Of a DNA stretch of 248,000 nt, positions 13,420 to 27,538 are shown piece by piece (position 1 is the stretch's first letter; every line of letters starts with the position of its first letter). The DNA lies in contig OX597814.1 in assembly GCA_951406725.2 (NCBI GenBank), positions 169,156,001 to 169,404,000 on the forward strand, written 5' to 3'. Source of the stretch: Octopus vulgaris (lineage: Eukaryota). Position numbers and translations under genes: made by a program. The notes beneath the pieces were generated by a model that searched no databases, was not told the origin of the DNA, and saw only the letters and a program-made list of their open reading frames with translations.

Positions 13420-14086
13420 GTTCTTTAGACAAGGAAAACAAAGTAACGCATGACAGTAGATAGATGGAGATGCATGGCTGACTGAACTCCCACACAGGTT
13501 GGTATTGCCAAATGTTCATAGAAAACATGAAGTGAAAGAAGGTGGCTTCTTAATAGCTATTAATCACTTATTCATGCATGCTCTCCCAAACACAAAACTC
13601 ACAAAGCCACATGTAAATCCATACACACAAATGCACATACATAGGGCTCATACATGTCATAGGTTTTCTTAGAAAGTAGAAAAAAAGGGTGCAGCACAGG
13701 AAGTAAGATATAAGTCGGAAGGACTAGCAGCTCACAGTTCATCCATCTCACATACATGCATACATGCATGCATTTATGCAACGCAATTTAGTATGCTGTT
13801 AGCCAGCAGTTAATAGATGCACAGGAGAGAGGAATGAGAAAGCATGTGTGGACATACAATATCGTGCTAAAATTACAGAACCAAAGTCAATAAATGCATA
13901 TATTTCTTTTTCCTTTTTTTTCTCCTCTATCTCTTTCTCTCTCATTTTTTTGCTTGTTTGTTTTTTGCAATCTTCGTTTTCTCCATCACCAACCTAAAAT
14001 CCATATGTGTGTATGTATATGAAAGAAATTGTTGTATAACTGTTGAAACAATTATACAAAATATATATGAAAGAAATTGTTGTAAA

Positions 14087-14510
14087 AAGGCGGCGAGCTG
14101 GCAGAAACGTTAGCACGCCAGGCGAAATGCTTACCAGTATTTCATCTGCCGTTACGTTCTGAGTTCAAATTCCGCCGAGGTCGACTTTGCCTTTCGTCCT
14201 TTTAGGGTCAATAAATTAAGTACCAGTTATGCACTGGAGTCGATGTAATCGACTTAATCTGTTTGACTGTCCTTGTTTGTCCTCTCTGTGTTTAGCCCCT
14301 TGTGGGTAGTAAAGAAATAGGTATTTCGTCTGCCATTACGTTCTGAGTTCAAATTCCATCGAGGTCGACTTTGCCTTTCATCCTTTCAGGGTCGATAAAT
14401 TAAGCACCAGTTATGCACTGAGGTCGATGTAATTGACTTAATCCCTTTGTCTGTCCTTGTTTGTCCCTTCTATGTTTAGCCCCCTGTGGGCAATAAAGAA
14501 ATAAGAAATT
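14087..14510 (+). mobile_element. tRNA-derived SINE family B with tandemly repeated 3' half
   Basis: Head ggcgagctggcagaaacgttagc, B-box gagttcaaattcc, core ggtcgactttgcctttcatcctttcggggtcgataaattaagtaccag (resembles Meta/MESC-type SINE core, from recall). Many copies, e.g. 47925, 80800, 177527, 210805. Confidence 0.85.
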
Positions 14511-14519
14511 GTTGTATAC

Positions 14520-14960
14520 AGTGCTCAGGTGCACTACAATTAACGAGAAAAGAAAAAAATGCCATCAGTTGTACTGTGGGCAGATTTCAGGAAGTATGGA
14601 AAATTTGAAGGACATAGTGGCTTGACAGCTAACAACTGATGCAGGTAGCATATTCCATGTTTCAAGAATTGTGAGCGTGAAAAAGTATTTCTGAAAGTCA
14701 TGGGTGCTGTGTTGTTTTTTGATTCTTGGAACAGAAGAGGAATAAATATTTAGGAGCCAATCTCTTTCATTGTCTTGCATAGTTCTCTGCTGACACTGAT
14801 TGGCTGAAACTGACCAGTGTTGGTGTGTATGAAGTTCAGCCAATCTTGTGTCCCTATCTATTTGCCTTAACTGTAAGAAGTTTTTGTTTTTCTGTAAAAT
14901 ATTTAGTTTTTCCCTTCCTAGGGAACCATCTCCGGAGTAACAAGTCACTGGATCAGCCAA
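14520..14960 (-). mobile_element. Degenerate CR1/L2-like LINE 3' fragment
   Basis: Frame ...FFTLTILETWNMLPASVVSCQATMSFK; same 3' end (tgcacctgagcactgtatacaataatttc + (TTA)n) at 13140-13420 and 137325-138110. Confidence 0.55.
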
Positions 14961-15020
14961 AATAGGCTACTGTATTCTTTTGTAATGTCGAGTATTTTTC
15001 TCCACTGGCTTTAAACCAAT

Positions 15021-15081
<61 letters not shown>

Positions 15082-16503
15082 TACATATGGAGCCTTGAAT
15101 CTAGGTTAGAAACTGGCTCTTTCTCTATTGGCAAGAAATCTTGAAATAAAAATGAACAATGACATACATACATACATACATACATACATACATACATACA
15201 TACATACATACATACATAAATACATACATACATTCATATGTGTGTGTGTGTGTGTGTGTGTAGGCACAACTATGGTTAATGGTTAAGAAGCTTGTTTTGC
15301 AATGACATGGTTCATGGTTCAGTTCCTTTGCATGGCACTTTGAACACGTGTTTTCCACAAATTCCTTGGGCCAACCAATGTCTTGTGAGTGAATTTGGTT
15401 GATACGTGTTTGTGTTTGTGCCCCATCACTACTTGACATCTAGTGCTGATTTGTTTACATTCCTTTAACTCAGTGGTTCAGCAAAAGAGACCAGTAGATT
15501 ATGCTCCAGACTAAAAATAAAATAACTTGCATCAATTTGTTCACTTAAACCCTTCAAAGCAGTGTTCCACTATGGCCACAATCCAATGACTGAAATAAGT
15601 AAAAGATATATATAATAATTAATAGCAACAGAAGTAGAATTAAACCCAAAAGGCAATCTTTATATCCAACTTAATGTAGATGTCTTGTTATAACACTGAA
15701 TGCTACATTATTTACTTTGAGAGAACCTCTCATATGGTGCCTATAAAGCACTGATATTTACATCGGTGACAGATGAGAATCATATGCTATGCATGCTGGA
15801 ACTGCCAGACCATGTGATTTCCACCTGCTTGGCCTCTTCAGTGGCAGTGATCCAGTAGCAGCATAACAGTTGAAACTGATTGTCAATGATACATAGAATT
15901 TCAGTGTGTTTTCAGGCACTAATTTGACAAATAGCCATACAGGGACAACTGCTACTGAAGAGATCAAGCAGGTCAAAATCATGTGATCTGACAGTTCTGG
16001 CACCCATAGCAGATAATTTTTTTAATCTGCCAGTGATATAAATATGAGTGCTTTTATGCATCATTCCTTCATAAGAGAGGTCCTCTCAAAATAAATAATG
16101 CAATATTCAGTTTTTGCATTTGGTTTGCAAGATTCTTTATGTGAGCTTGTGTGTTGAAGCATATTTTGTTGTATCTGGGGAGAGTCATTCTCTTTTGGCG
16201 CCTTATAGTTTAACACACTCTCCGGTAAAATTTCCACTTATTTCTTTTTTCTTTTTTTTTCTTTTTCTAAAATTTTATCATTGTGTCTTGCAACCTTTTC
16301 AATAGTTTTGAAAAGGTTACAAGGCACAATGAAAATTTTAGAATAATAAAAAAATAAAATAAAAAAGAAATAAGTGGAAATTTTACCAGTGAGTGTGTTA
16401 AATTATAAGCCACCAAAAGAGAATGACTCTCCCCAGATACAGAGGTATTTAGTGTTCTAACACAACCTCCATGTTAAGTTGTATATAAAGTTTGCATTTT
16501 GAC

Positions 16504-16536
<33 letters not shown>

Positions 16537-16939
16537 TCACATGATCACATGACTGACCAGACTATCAAATGTTGTTACTCATCACTGGTCACGATGTGTT
16601 TTACATCGCCTGGCTAAGTGAGAAGCTAACATTCTCCTGCTGATTGAAAAGGGGACTGAATGAATGTGAAACAAATTGTTTTGCCTAAGAGCACAATATA
16701 CCACCTGGTCTGGGAATCGATCCCATGAATCTAGTGATCATCAGTGCAAAGGCCTAACCACTAGTTCACATATATGTGTGTGCGTGTACACACACTTCCT
16801 GAATATACTTACTTATATAGCCAGGTATACATCATCATCTTCAGCATTTTTACCTCCACTTTTCCATAGTATGAGTTGGAGGGGCTCTTTTATGGCACAG
16901 TTTTATAACCAGATTCCTTTACCCACACCAGCCTTTCTA

Positions 16940-17506
16940 TTGGGTTGTCCAGAAAGTTCATGCCGATTTATTGTAGCTTACCTCTCGACTTCAATTTAGA
17001 ACATGGTTGAGTCCATAAAATAGAATTTGGCTACACCTCCATTTAGAGAACAGTTTAAGCTATGTTTTCATGGAAGAAGGTTTATGTTCCTATGACCTGT
17101 GTTAATTCTGTAACCCTTTAAAATGGAAGATAAGAAAGTTCATTTCCGGCACTTGATGCTTTGGGAACCAGACAAAAATTGATGCAGCTCGGCTAGGATG
17201 TGTTACCCCACCCTCCATATTCACCAGATATTGCTCCTTTGGATTTCTACTTATTCAGGTCTCTGCAGAATAGTCTTAATGGTAAAAATTTCAATTCCTT
17301 GGATGACGTAAAAAAATACCTTGATGAATTCTTTGCCATGAAACCACCTCAATTCTGTGAAGAGGGTATTTTCAAGTTAAAGGAAAGATGGAGACACATT
17401 GTGCAACAAAATGGTTCATATTTGGTTGATTAAAAATGTAATGGTAAGTATTTATTTACCTTTTTCTTTCCTTTAAAAATTGGCATGAACTTTTCGGACA
17501 ACCCAA
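16940..17506 (+). mobile_element. Internally deleted mariner element (same family as 2889)
   Basis: TIRs and TA TSD; ORF 17200-17433 LPHPPYSPDIAPLDFYLFRSLQNSL...GIFKLKERW. Confidence 0.88.
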
Positions 17507-17927
17507 TAGTTTGCTCTTAAGACTTGTTATATAAGTAAATCAATATGAATGTTTACATTCATTTAATCATTTTATGCAAGGATATATTTATACCTGTAGG
17601 TATGTATGAAGATGTTGACATTTGTTAACTAATATTTTTTTTAGCAACTTAGTGTAAAAAGCTTGCTTTATATTTTAATTGATTAATATGTAAGAGAAAT
17701 AATGAGGATAAAGAGAAATGGAGGTGAGAAGGAAAGATCAGGGATAGGATGATAAATAAGGATGAGAAAGAGAGATAAAGAATAGTCAGAGAAATAAGAG
17801 GGAGAAAGAGAAACGTGGGAGGAGGGGAAAGAAAAAAGTTGAAACAAGTTGAAAATGATAAGGGGCAAGAGAAACAAGAGAGGAGCAGGGGGAGTAAGAG
17901 ACACAAATGAAATAGAAATAGCTCACA

Positions 17928-17959
<32 letters not shown>

Positions 17960-19402
17960 TACACACGCACACATGCATGCACATGCACATACACTCTCAT
18001 TCACTCACTTGTACAATTTGACAATTCCTGAGGGTCTCTTCATAGACTGAAAAACATTCCATTAAAACTGTTAGCACTTGCAAAACAGTCATGCTTATCC
18101 TTCATCAATTTACCTTTTCTCTCATTCTCTTTTCTCTCTTTTTTTCCTCCTTACTCTCTCTCTCTCTCTCACTAGTTCTCTCATCATTCACTCACTCCAC
18201 ATTCACACATAATATACACACATAACAATGGATTGTTTAAACAAATGTTATTCTATTCATTATTATACTATGTTTTATTGACCTTTTAGCTGTGATACTA
18301 TTGAATAATTGTTGCTATTATTCCGAATTATTGATCTTATGAAGTTATTTTTCATTTTTCTTTTTATATAATCTTTGCTGCTCTAATAAGCATTTCTTTC
18401 CTCTCTACCTATATATCTATCAAGTCTTATTCTGTTGTGTCTGGGGAGAGTCATTTTCTTTTTGTACCTTATTTAACACTTCACCGGTAGAATTTCTACT
18501 TGTTTCTTATTTTTATTTTCAGAGACTATTGAAAAGGTTGCAAGACACAATGATAAAATTTTAGGAAAATAAAAATAAGAAATAAGTGGAAATTTTACCG
18601 GTGAGAGTGTTAAATTATAAGGCCCAAAAAGAAAATGGCTCTCCCCAGAGACAACAGAATATGCTTCAACACACGAACTCACATAAAGAATCTTGCAAAC
18701 CAAATCCAAAAACGAAATATGTCTTTCCTCTCTACTCTTATTCTGTTGTGTCTGGGGAGAGTCATTTTCTTTTTGTGCCTTATAATTTAATACACTTTGC
18801 AAAGCATTTTTGCTGGACATACTAACAATTCTGCCAACTTACTGCCTTAATAATAATTATAATCCTTTCTACCAAAGGTACAAGGCCTGAAATTTGGGGA
18901 AGGGGACTAGTCGATTACGTCAACCCTAGTGTTTCACTGATACTTAATTTATCGACCCCAAAAGGATGCTGGGTTACAAATATACGAACCCCAATAAACC
19001 CATCATGACTACTTATGTGATAAGGGTACACCAGATACATGCATCACAACCATTTTGTATGCAACATAGTGATTTCATACTAAGATAAGAAGCTCGTAAC
19101 TTTACTGGGGGGGGGGGGGCAAGTTAGAATTTTCTTCAGGCTGCGTAGCCCATCCTACTGAAAAGGTCCCTGGACAAGGGTTGCTTAAGGTTGATGAACA
19201 TTTAATCTATGTTTCCAGAGGTGAATTATTCAAGCTCCAAAGAATTCTTCAACACATGATTATGATCCTCCCCCACTATTCCTGCTCATGATCAGAGATG
19301 AACACATAGTGTCAACCACTGAGGGTCATTCTCAACTGGTTAAGGTCAAGTCACTGACAAGCAAATCTGCAGAATATTTGCCATAACCAATCTTTTACAC
19401 CA

Positions 19403-19439
<37 letters not shown>

Positions 19440-21359
19440 TGTTTCTTTATTACCCACAAGGGGCTAAGCACAGAGGGGACAAACAAGGACAGACAAACGA
19501 ATTAAGTCGATTACATCAACCCCAATGCGTAACTGGTACTTAATTTATCGACCCTGAAAGGATGAAAGGCAAAGTCGACCTCGGCGGAGTTTGAACTCAG
19601 AACGTAACGACAGACGAAATACGGCTACGCATTTCGCTGCCAGCTCGTCGCAATTATAATAATGACACCAAATATCTAAGAGTACATTATTCAGTATGTC
19701 TGGAAAGAAAAATGTACCAAACACTCATGGCTGGTATAACTTTGATCTTAGATCTTTTCACTTTTGGTGGTCTTCTGGCTGGCTGAACAACAACAATTAC
19801 AATTTACAAACAATGAGAGAGCATTTACATAGACGTGTGGAATCTATTTAGTATCAGGAGCAAGTTGTAAGTTCATTTGTATGTGTGTGTGTGTCTGTAT
19901 GTGGGGGGAGGTGTTGCTTGTGTGCTGAGAAGAATAATGAATCTTTAATTTTACAAATTCATTGGTAAGTCTCTTAGTTAAATTATTGTGTTAGTCATGC
20001 ACTGTGGTCAGTTAAATCAAATAAACCTCTTTCTCCCAAATTGTAAGGCCTTCTGCTTATGTTTATAAATTAGAATTAGTAGTAGCTTGCTAGTCAGCAA
20101 GCTGGTAGGATTGCTAGCATGTTGCACAAAATGCTTAGCAGTATTTCTTTAGGTTTGTTATATTTTGATTGAGTTCAAATTCTATCACAGGAATGGCTGT
20201 GTGGTAAGTAGCTTGCTTACCAACCACATGGTTCCGGGTTCAGTCCCACTGCGTGGCATCTTATATGTGCTATATGACTCCTGTCATCTACCACCTTGCT
20301 AAATAATAGGGATTTCTAAGACTGATACAGAGCTGCATATTTTATGTGAGGGCTTTGTCAAATTGAACCCAGTTTATTGTTAGAATTGGGTTCAATTTTA
20401 TAGTTTATAGTTTATAGTTATAAACCCAGTTATAGCTGATTAATAGTTATTTTATCAACTCCCCAAAAACATAAAATGTGAAGTCAACATTTGACATGGC
20501 TTGAACTGAGAATTTAAAAGAAAATTACAAAATATCATAAGGAATTTAGTCTGAAATTCTACCAATTTTGTCATTTACCATGTTGCATATAATGGTTTCA
20601 AATTTTGAAACATGGCCAGCAGTTTTAGGAGAAGGGATAAATCAATTATCATCATCATCATCATCGTTTAACGTCCGCTTTCCATGCTAGCATGGATTGG
20701 ACGATTTGACTAGGGACTGGCGAACCAAATGGCTGCACCAGACTCCAATCTGATCTGGCAGAGTTTCTACAGCTGGATGCCCTTCCTAACGCCAAACAGT
20801 CCGAGAGTGTAGTGGGTGCTTTTACGTGCCACCAGCACGAGGGCCAGTCAGGTGGTACTGGCAACGGCCATGCTCAAATGGTGCTTTTTATGTGCCACCT
20901 GCACAGGAGCCAGTCCAGCAGCTCTGGCAATGACCTTGCTCCAATGTTTTTTCACGTGCCACCAGCACAAGTGCCAGTAAGGTGGCGCAGGTAATGATCA
21001 CGCTCGAATGGTGTTCTTAACGTGCCACCGGCACAGAGGCCAGCTTGTTACTCTGGCAACGATCTCACTCATATCGTACTCTTAGCGCTCCACTAGCACG
21101 GATGCCAGTCATCGAATTTGATTTCGATTTCAATTTCACTTGTCTCAACAAGTCTTCGCAAGCAGAGTTTAGTGTCCAATGAAGGAAAGAAAATTTATCC
21201 TAATGCTCAGCTGGTACTATAAGGTAAGCAATAATAATGAGACTCATTTTAAATGCTAGTGTCTTAGATTATAAAAATGACATAGAGTACCAAATACATT
21301 TATTACAAACTGATATACAGGATTTAAACATATAATCTAAGATTTTACTACTCTTTATG

Positions 21360-21650
21360 GGTAGTTGGTGTTGGTGACTCTTATAATGTCATGAACTCCA
21401 AAACAAATTACATACATATTTGAAGCATACATCATCAGCCAAAGATCCATCATTGCAGCCCAAAGAAAATTCCGACAGTCTTTTGGAAAGCAATGGGCAC
21501 CATTTCTGTGAGAAAGGCAATTGCAGCCATTCCAGTTGATATACTAAGCCACAATGTGCTTGATATGAGAAAGCGAACTCAAGAATGTTCTATTCATGGT
21601 AATGACCATCTCCAAGATGTATATTCAAATCTTAGATATGTTGAACTGTA
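21360..21650 (+). mobile_element. Tc1/mariner relic (N- and C-terminal transposase remnants fused by deletion)
   Basis: Frames FEAYIISQRSIIAAQRKFRQSFG and RKAIAAIPVDILSHNVLDMRKRTQECSIHGNDHLQD. Confidence 0.45.
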
Positions 21651-22397
21651 TATCATCATCATCATCATCATCATCATTGCTTAACGTCCGCTTTCCATGC
21701 TAGCATGGGTTGGATGATTTGACAGAGGTCTGGTGAACCAGATGGCTGCACCAGGCTCCAATCTGATCTGGCAGAGTTTCTACAGCTGGATGCCCTTCCA
21801 CTCCAAGAGTGTAGTGGGTGCTTTTATGTGCCACCGGCATGAGGACTAGTCAGCGGTACTGGCAATGGCCATGCTCAAATGGTGCTTTTTATGTGCCATC
21901 TGCACAGGATCCACATACTCACACACATATATATATAGCACCAACTGTTCGTGGTCGTTGCCAGCCTACCCTGGCACCTAAAAAGCACCATCCGTATGTG
22001 GCCAATGCCAGCGTCGCCTTGACTGGCTTCCGTGTCGGTGGCACGTAAAAACCACCAACTGATTGTGGCCGTTGCCTGCCTTCCCTGACACCTGTGCCAG
22101 TGGCATGTAAAAAAGCACCCACTACACTCACGGAGTGGTTGGTGTTAGGAAGGGCATCCAGCTGTAGAAACACTGCCAGATCAGACTGGAGCCTGGTGCA
22201 GCCTCCTGGTGTAGCCTCCTGGCTTCCCAGACCCCGGTCAAACCGTCCAACCCATGCTAGCATGGAAAGCGGACATTAAATGATGAGTATGATGATATAT
22301 ATATATAAATATATATATAGCACCAGGTGGTGCTATTAAGTTAGATATGGCCTGGGCCAATAATGGCCGAAACCTATCAAAGTATCAAAGTATCAAA

Positions 22398-22442
<45 letters not shown>

Positions 22443-23509
22443 TTATGCAATAAATATATTTGGTACTCTATATCATTTTTATAATCCAAGATACTAGCAT
22501 TTAAATCATGTACCATCATTATTTTATCACCATCATGTGCAAGAAAGCCAAAATTGACTCTTTTTACTCTTTTACTTGTTTCAGTCATTTGACTGTGGCC
22601 ATGCTGGAGCACCGCCTTTAGTCGAGCAAATCGACCCCGGGACTTATTCTTTGTAAGCCCAGTACTTATTCTATCGGTCTCTTTTGCTGAACCGCTAAGT
22701 GACGAGGACGTAAACACACCAGCATCGGTTGTCAAGCAATGCTAGGGGGACAAACACAGACACACAAACACACACACACACATATATATATATATACATA
22801 TATACAACGGGCTTCTTTCAGTTTCCGTCTACCAAATCCACTCACAAGGCTTTGGTCGGCCCGGGGCTATAGCAGAAGACACTAGCATGGAAAGCGGACG
22901 TTAAACGATGATGATAATTGACTTATCCCTTCTCCTAAAACTGCTGGCCATGTTTCAAAATTTGAAACCATTATATGCAACATGGTAAATGACAAAATTG
23001 GTAGAATTTCAGACTAAATTCCTTATGATATTTTGTAATTTTCTTTTAAATTCTCAGTTCAAGCCATGTCAAATGTTGACTTCATATTTTATGTTTTTGG
23101 GGAGTTGATAAAATAACTATTAATCAGCTATAACTGGGTTTATAACTATAAACTATAAACTATAAAATTGAACCCAATTCTAACAATAAACTGGGTTCAA
23201 TTTGACAAAGCCCTCACATAAAATATGCAGCTCTGTATCAGTCTTAGAAATCCCTATTATTTAGCAAGGTGGTAGATGACAGGGGTCATATAGCACTAAA
23301 CAAAATACAAGATATTTTGTTCTCTCCTACTTGCATGAGTCAGATGGAATTTGTTGAAGTAGAATTTTCTACAGCCAGATGCCCTTCCTGCCACCAATCT
23401 TCACCTATTTCCAAAAACAAGGTATGATTTTATGGAAGATTGGAAATGAAGGACTCTATTTGCATCATGGTGACATTTGTTTACCACTATCACATGAAGC
23501 GAAGGCAAG

Positions 23510-23550
<41 letters not shown>

Positions 23551-23640
23551 AATATAAGGATGGTATTATTAAAATACCATCACAAGTGGTAAGCGAATTA
23601 TCAGCCGTACAGGCAAATTGATAAAATATATACATACAAT

Positions 23641-24010
23641 ATTAGATATGTACATATATACACAAACGTACTACATGAGTACCTATATCGCTAATGATAG
23701 AAGTCAAAAAATACTTCTGTACCTACCGAATAGTCACAAAAGATAGGAAAAAATATCAGTGAACAATAATAATGTCTTACCTCTACTGGGTCAGAACAAG
23801 TAAATTTCGAAAACGGTAGCAAGTTAACCAGCATTTACTTGTTCTGACCCATTTGAGGCAAGACATTATTATTGTTCACTGATATTTTTTCCTATCTTGT
23901 CTCTAAATAGATTTGTGACTATTTGGTGGTACAGAAATATTTTTTGACTTCTATCATTAGCGATATAGGTACTCATGTAGTACCCTTGTGTATGTATGTA
24001 CATATCTAAC
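23641..24010. repeat. Imperfect fold-back (palindromic) element
   Basis: Left and right arms are reverse complements around ~23815; (TA)n flanks. Confidence 0.7.
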
Positions 24011-27000
24011 ATATGTATATATTTTATATATATGTATGTATAAGAGTATTCAGCAGACTTTTTTCAGTTTCATTCTACCAAATCCACTCACAAAGCTTTG
24101 GTCAGCTTGAGGCTATAGTAGAAGATACTTGCCTGAGGTACCACACATTGGGATTGAACCTGAGACTATGTGGTTTAGAAGCTAACCTCTCACCACAAAG
24201 CCATACTTGTGCTTATTATATATATTTGAACTCGGCGGAGTTTAAATTCCGCTGAGGTTGACTTTGCCTTTCATCCTTTCGGGGTCAATAAATAAAGTAC
24301 CAGTTTCGCACTGGAGTCGATATAATCAACTTAATCCGTTTGTCTGTCCTTGTTTGTCCCCTCTATGTTTAGCCTCTTGTGGTTAGTAAAGAAATATATA
24401 TATATATATGTGTGTTATGTGTATGTGTATTTGTGTGTGTGTGTGGCTTGACAATCAGCGTTGGCTTGTTTACATTCTCATGACTTAGTGGTTCAGCAAA
24501 AGATACCAGTAGAATAAATACTGGGGTCATTTTTTTTGACTAAACCCTTCAAGATGGTGCCCCAGCATGGCTGCAGTTCAATGACTGAAACAAGTAAAAG
24601 ATACAGAGATTCCCTTTTTTGGCTAATAAAATTTGGGGAGTCCTATGATCCCTTAATCAAAAAATATATATTTTTTAAAAAATACTTTTGTTGTTTTTGT
24701 AAAATCTCAGACGATAATTAAAAATTCACATTTTTTGTCAAAATTATTTCGTTATATTTGTCTATCTATCCAACTGTAAACATTTTAAATAGTTCTAGAT
24801 ATTTTTGTCAATCACTGGAATTTTTGAGATTGTGAATTTCTCTCCCGATTTTCTGGTAGGAATTAACAGTTCAAGTTTCTATTTGATGTAGGAGGTGCCT
24901 ATTTGTATAACCATGTTCTTGCCTCTTTGTGTGGGCTTTTGATGAGTGTGCTAACTGAATTTCCTTGATGTGGGAGTGTTGGCAGGCAACTTGAAGCTAA
25001 CAAGATGCGTGGTGTGACAGTTCTTGTCGATGATTCTAATTACATTGTATATATAGCATCACAGCCTGTTTTGTGGTTTATGTTGTATATGGATGTTTGC
25101 AAGTGTTTTGTTTCTCTTTGGATTATTTCACTGTTATTTCCATATTTAGTTCGCTTGTTGCTTAGACGCCTTTATGCTGTGCTGGATGTATGTATGCATT
25201 TGTCTGCACATCAGCACACATGTGAATGCTTGCTATATATTCTTTGTCTCTATGAGTATATACAAACATGTACATGCACACACACAAATACAAACATACT
25301 CACATACACACACTCACATACACAATTGGTATCCAGCTGTGATATTACGCTTTAATGTTTTATATTGATGATATCACTTTTCTTCACTCTTCTTTGAAGA
25401 TATTTATATTTATATTAATTCTTGTAGTTGCAATTTTCAGATTACATCATATCTACAAAATATTTCTTGTCCATTTAGAAAACTGTTCTAAGACAATAAT
25501 CTATGACACTTTACTAATTATATTAAATAGGAGTGGCTGTGTGGTAAGTAGCTTGCTTACCAACCACATGGTTCTGAGTTCAGTCCTACTGCATGGCACC
25601 TTGGGCAAGTGTCTTCTACTATAGCCTAGGGCCGACCAAAGCCTTGTGAGTGGATTTGGTAGACGGAAACTGAAGGAAGCCCGTCGTATATATGTATATG
25701 TATGTGTGTGTGTTTGAGTATCTGTCTTTGTCCCCCCAACATTGCTTGACAACCGATGCTGGTGTGTTTATGTCCCCATAACTTAGGGGTTCAGAAAAAG
25801 TGACCGATAGAATAAGTATTAGGCTTACAAAGAATAAGTCCTGGGTCGAGTTGGTTGACTAAAGGCGGTGCTCCAGAATAGTCGCAGTCAGTTGACTGAA
25901 ACAAATAAAAGAGTAAAAGGGCATTCTAACAGTACATCTTATAGTCTATGAGTTAAACATTTCCAGAGAGACTCTGCTACTGACATCTTCTCTGAGAGCT
26001 TATTCATCTAAGTGTTTTAAATGAAAATCTGGGGCTACTAATAGATTAACCCCATTAAAATCTAGAGCTACTGGCAGGTGACATAAAGGTTAGAAATGTA
26101 ACTGAAAACTAGGGATTAGTGAGGGGAAAGGAAACAACAGCATGGCAAATTATATGATATGGTCATTTAGACCTGGACCCAGTTTTCAGGGATTTTTATT
26201 TTTAGGTCAAAGTGGGTTTTAATCTACATGTATATATAAAGCAGAAGTTGTCTGTGTATGGCAGATTTGGTAGCCTTCAACTAACACTATCTCCTCTGAG
26301 ATCCTGCAGCGCTAGTTGACCAAAATTGAGAGTATGATAGAAGGGTTGCTCTTCCTTCTATAGAAGAAAAAATTCAAATCGAACCATGTTAAGATCAAAA
26401 ATTATTTACATCAAAAAGGTGCTTTTTTTTCTATGAAAATCCCTAATTTTTACGATTTTTTTACTGCTGCGTCGCCATTTTTTGGTGTATTTCAACCAGA
26501 AAAATGTTCACTTAAAGAGAATAACAAGCTACATAATGCCAAAGTTTTACTTTTCAAAAATTCCAATTCTAAAGGGTTGAAACAAACCCGAGCAACGCCG
26601 GGTGATACTGCTAGTTATATGATATGGTCATTTAGTCCTGGACTCAGTTTTCAGGGATTTTTTTCTTTTATAGGTCAAAGTTGGTTTTAATTTCGATAAA
26701 ATTTTAAATTGTTTCTATCCTGTTCACAACTGCAACAGTAGAATATCTTTCAAAATTACAATTCCGTGAGTAAAATAACAGAAAAAAAAGCTTCTCAATA
26801 TAAATAACATCTTTTAGTCATGCTCTTGACATATATCTATTTAATTGCAGCCAGTGTTATTTACAACAAACTAACTACTACCAATGTTTGAAGAAGACTA
26901 CGAGCATAGGATGGCAATCGGTTGCAATGCACAGACATATTCTGTCTGCTTGTGATGGATTATTAAAGGCTGTCAATAAAACATTGCTAGTTAAATACTT

Positions 27001-27446
27001 GAGTCAGAGCTTGGTTAATTTGTACAGAGTGAAGAGTTTGTTATATTCAGAATGCATATGAAATATGCATTCTCCATTGTTACTGGTATGTCTTGCTTAT
27101 TGATATCATCATCATCATCATCATCATCATCATTATTATTATTATTACTTTATTTTTCTTCTTTCAAATTTGCTTCCATTTCTTGCCGAGTGTCTTCCCG
27201 ACTCCTAGGGCAAAGAAACTCATAGTATACATTGGTAGGCCATTAAACCAAACTCAGTAGTTCGTTCATTTAAAAAAATTTTTTTTATGTTAAATTAAAA
27301 TACATGAGCAGCAACAGTTCTCACATCGACAATGCTCTTCTCAATATGTGTGATGTACCAGTTAAGACAATCTTTTGCACTTCTTGCAGGGATGGTAAGC
27401 CAGGGATCATTCTCATATAATTTTCGGTTCCCTTCTTGATCATTCC

Positions 27447-27538
<92 letters not shown>

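Noticed and set aside
21410-21580. Minus-strand frame resembling a transporter TM segment (SISTGMAAIAFLTEMVPIAF)
   Set aside because: It is bounded by stops, and the plus strand is better explained as a mariner transposase relic.
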